Origin: an uncultured bacterium
GTDB lineage: Bacteria; CSSED10-310; CAZUFC01
DNA length: 64,000 nucleotides
NCBI GenBank assembly: GCA_964619725.1
Contig: CAZUFC010000029.1
Location: forward strand, 1 to 64,000
Direction of reading: 5' to 3'
Part shown: positions 61,310 through 64,000 of the stretch, in pieces
Layout of the letters: every line of letters starts with the position of its first letter
Position numbering within the stretch: the stretch's first letter is position 1
The notes under the pieces: model-generated
Databases searched by the model: none
The model's input: the letters and a program-made list of their open reading frames with translations, nothing else
What the model was told of the DNA's origin: nothing
Translations under genes and position numbers: made by a program

Positions 61310-61325
61310 TGGCATGACGATTGCG
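61310..61325 (+). promoter_or_regulatory. Sigma-54 (-24/-12) promoter
   Basis: TGGCATGACGATTGCG with GG-N10-GC spacing, about 45 bp before the ATG. Confidence 0.7.
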
Positions 61326-61370
61326 TTTAGTATTTACGGCGTTATAATTTCAATGAATAAGGAGGTTAAG

Positions 61371-62558
61371 ATGAAAGCGCTGATGACGATTTTAATCATT
61401 CTGGGTGTTGCTTCATTTCATCAATGTTATGCCGAGACTTTTCATGTTCCCTCGGAATATACCGGGATTCAGGAAGCGATGGATGCGGCCCAGGACGGCG
61501 ATACGATACTCGTCGCTCCGGGGACTTATCATTCTTCCGTGAATTTTCTGGGCAAGGCAGTTCATTTGTTGAGTTCCGGGGGGCCTGCGGTGACGAAGAT
61601 AATCAGAAACGGAAGCATCGTAAGTTTTTACAATGGTGAGGAACCTGATTCGATATTAAATGGATTTACATTGACGGATCATAACATGTCCGATCCGATT
61701 GGTGCGGTAGTCTGCGATGATGCATCGCCGACGATCATCAACAATGTATTCATCGATTGCCTTTCGGGAGAAAACGGAGCGGGTATAGGAACGTACGGCG
61801 GCTCACCCTCGATCATCAACAACGCATTCATAAATAATGATGCCTTTATGACTGAAGCTTGTATGGGCGGCAGCGGTATTTTTGTGGAAGTGGGGGCTCC
61901 TTTTGTCTTCGGGAATTATTTCAGTGAAAACTATAATTCATACGGTTCAGGGATAATGTGTTGCGCCGACAATTCTGTGATCAGAAACAATATATTCTTC
62001 GATAATGAGTATCAGTCTATCCATGGAGATTATTCATATGCGGAAATATCATTCAACACCTTTGTAAATTTCGGCGTCGGCTGGTGTCCCGGCGCGGCTT
62101 TTGAATTTACAGGCAATATTTTTCATAACTGCTCCACGGAAGATGGACCGGTTGAGGGTAATTTTTACGGTGACCCCTTGTTCGTCACCGGCCCCTGGGG
62201 AGATTTTTATCTCAGTCAGGTCGCTGCGGGGCAAAGCGAGGACAGTCCCTGCCTGAATGCCGGAAGCGAGATGCTTCCTTATGCGGGAACGACGAGAACT
62301 GACCACGTTAAAGACAGAGAAATGTCAGACTATGGGTATCACTATATATACAGGGGATTGTCGACTGTACTCACAAGCGACGATTCCGTGAACGACTTCA
62401 AAATGCCTTCTGAATCTGATTCAGTATCTAAGCGCGTTTATCAATATCCGGTTCTGCGGAATATTCTTCCTTCTGAAATATTCAACAGTTACCCGGAACT
62501 GGCGAACATTGCGCTGATTCCCATTGAAATTTCAGCGTTTGCCGAACGCGGGTTTTAG
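61371..62558 (+). CDS. Secreted right-handed parallel beta-helix protein
   Basis: AAGGAGG RBS then MKALMTIL signal peptide; VPSEY..IQEAMDAA.DGDTILVAPGTY, SP.IINN repeats, DPLFV and SPCLNAG motifs. Confidence 0.85.
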   Translation: MKALMTILIILGVASFHQCYAETFHVPSEYTGIQEAMDAAQDGDTILVAPGTYHSSVNFLGKAVHLLSSGGPAVTKIIRNGSIVSFYNGEEPDSILNGFTLTDHNMSDPIGAVVCDDASPTIINNVFIDCLSGENGAGIGTYGGSPSIINNAFINNDAFMTEACMGGSGIFVEVGAPFVFGNYFSENYNSYGSGIMCCADNSVIRNNIFFDNEYQSIHGDYSYAEISFNTFVNFGVGWCPGAAFEFTGNIFHNCSTEDGPVEGNFYGDPLFVTGPWGDFYLSQVAAGQSEDSPCLNAGSEMLPYAGTTRTDHVKDREMSDYGYHYIYRGLSTVLTSDDSVNDFKMPSESDSVSKRVYQYPVLRNILPSEIFNSYPELANIALIPIEISAFAERGF

Positions 62559-62798
62559 AAAAAATACACCACCCTTGAATTCAAACGGTGGGCGCACGAT
62601 CATTTGCGGGCAAATCCTGAAGGCAGGGATTTAAGGATAGACGAAATAATTAATGCAGCGCCTGTCCGCCGGAGGATATCCCATTGGGGGCCGGTCCTTG
62701 TTAATTCAGTTCATTTTCGATATGCTTGAAGAGTAATAACCGTTACGGCGATTGCCGTTCGGTTCATTTCTTCATGATGTGATAAAAGGAGTTGATGA

Positions 62799-63198
62799 CA
62801 TGGGGCAGAAATATCGTCAGCATGGTTATATGGACGGCGATTGGAAAGGAAAAAGAGGAAGAAAAGATGACGAGGCGGGCGGCGTGGTTTTCGGGTCAAT
62901 GCTGAAAGTCCTGGTTTGCAAAAAATGCAGCGAAAGGAATAAATTCGTTTCAAAAGTGAATCCGGACAGCGTGTGTTCACGTTGCGGAACCTCTCTGCAT
63001 TCCTGTGTTCACTGTAAAAATTACGACAGACAAGCCAAATTCCAATGCAAGAAGCCCATTGAAAACGAAATATCCGAGAAAATGGAGCGAAATGAATGTT
63101 CCTATTTTGATCCCATGCTGAAAGCAGACTCATCCGCAAAAAAACCGATGACAGCGGATGAAGCCAAAAAAGCGCTGGATAAATTGTTTAAGATTTAA
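62799..63198 (+). CDS. Small Cys-rich (zinc-ribbon) hypothetical protein
   Basis: AAGGAG RBS; KYRQHGY, CKKC, CSRCG..LHSC.HC..YD, N.CSYF and ALDKLFK segments. Confidence 0.75.
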
Positions 63199-63254
63199 AA
63201 CCGGCTAAGGATCGCTGCCGCGTTTCAGGACTTCGGCATCAGATTAAGAAAATC

Positions 63255-63546
63255 GGCATTGATCAAATATCGGTATTTTGAAGTTACAATTCGGGCAGTA
63301 CGAAGTCTGCAAAGGCTCGGGAGATATAATAAATTGGGACTGATCAAACCGTGGTTACACTTTTTTCAAAACGTTTGACAGTTTGTTTCGGCGTCGGTAT
63401 CGGCATCGCAATTGTAAATCAAATATTCAGAATGGAGCCAATCGAACTCTTGTGTCACGTGTGTGTAATAGTAGGTTTTTTAAGGGGGATTTCACTCAGT
63501 CAATTTTTTTGCCGGCAAAAGCTGTTACCCCTGTTTGATCAGTCTC
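63255..63546. repeat. Family B segments in mixed orientation
   Basis: GGCATTGATCAAAT at 63256; GGGACTGATCAAACCGTGGTTACAC at 63336; TTTGATCAGTCT at 63534. Confidence 0.7.
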
Positions 63547-63802
63547 CAGAAAATATTTAAAACGTTCCGTCATTTTTTGAATCTTTATTAGAGTGAAGTC
63601 GATTTTGCTGAGGAATTCGTTTAATTATTCGATAATTCAGCAAGAATGGGACTGAAATTTTTTGAATCAGTAAAGGCGGCGTGCTTGATGGACAGAATAA
63701 TGTGAAATATAATGGAGTCACATTACGCGGCATCGGCATAAGCTATGTCGAATCATTTAAAAAGAGGCATCAGGTGAACGGGAGAGCGTAAGGAGGTTGG
63801 AA

Positions 63803-64000
63803 TTGATACACGAATTTGATTCAGTAATTGTGGGAGCGGGCGGCGCCGGGCTTTATGCGGCATTGGAGGCGTCGAAATCCGGAAAAACCTGCGTAATATC
63901 GAAGTTGTATCCTGTAAGGAGTCATACGGGTGCGGCTCAGGGCGGCATAGGCGCTGCGTTGGGCAATATTGAGGAGGACAGCGCTGAGTGGCATGCGTTT
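63803..64000 (+). CDS. sdhA: Succinate dehydrogenase/fumarate reductase flavoprotein subunit, 5' part (runs off the window)
   Basis: Not in the ORF track. TTG start after AAGGAGG gives [24 protein letters not shown]...[23 protein letters not shown], with the FAD-binding motif and the covalent-FAD His motif. Confidence 0.92.
   Translation, partial: MIHEFDSVIVGAGGAGLYAALEASKSGKTCVISKLYPVRSHTGAAQGGIGAALGNIEEDSAEWHAF

Noticed and set aside
800-64000. Reverse transcriptase or variable-repeat target for the DGR
   Set aside because: No RT-like ORF with YxDD in context and no second RGGS...GFR segment was found by eye.

Overview
Bacterial chromosomal window (about 45 genes; no rRNA, tRNA or CRISPR seen) with gene blocks separated by repeat-rich intergenic DNA. 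It opens with a damaged diversity-generating retroelement (DGR) cassette: frameshifted avd, an AAC-rich template repeat and a spacer hairpin, with no reverse transcriptase in the window. Housekeeping and repair genes include ppa, a PpiC foldase, a 5'(3')-nucleotidase, ogt, a double-length uvrA, dnaK-dnaJ-hspR-dnaJ and the start of sdhA. There are several large secreted proteins, two type II toxin-antitoxin pairs, a dead IS4-family transposase and two families of MITE-like repeats, one with 6-bp target duplications. The three best candidates for undescribed systems are: (1) a sigma-54 locus with a duplicated pair of a secreted ZU5-like protein ending in HF/S plus a 20-aa tail and a cytoplasmic TPR protein (40.6-47.3 kb); (2) a TPR gene coupled to a 1672-aa fusion of a BrxC/DUF6079-like ATPase and a PglZ-like phosphatase, with no BREX methyltransferase (19.1-25.1 kb); (3) an overlapping PP2C-phosphatase and TIR-domain gene pair (28.6-30.8 kb). 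All family calls come from motifs read by eye; no database search was run.
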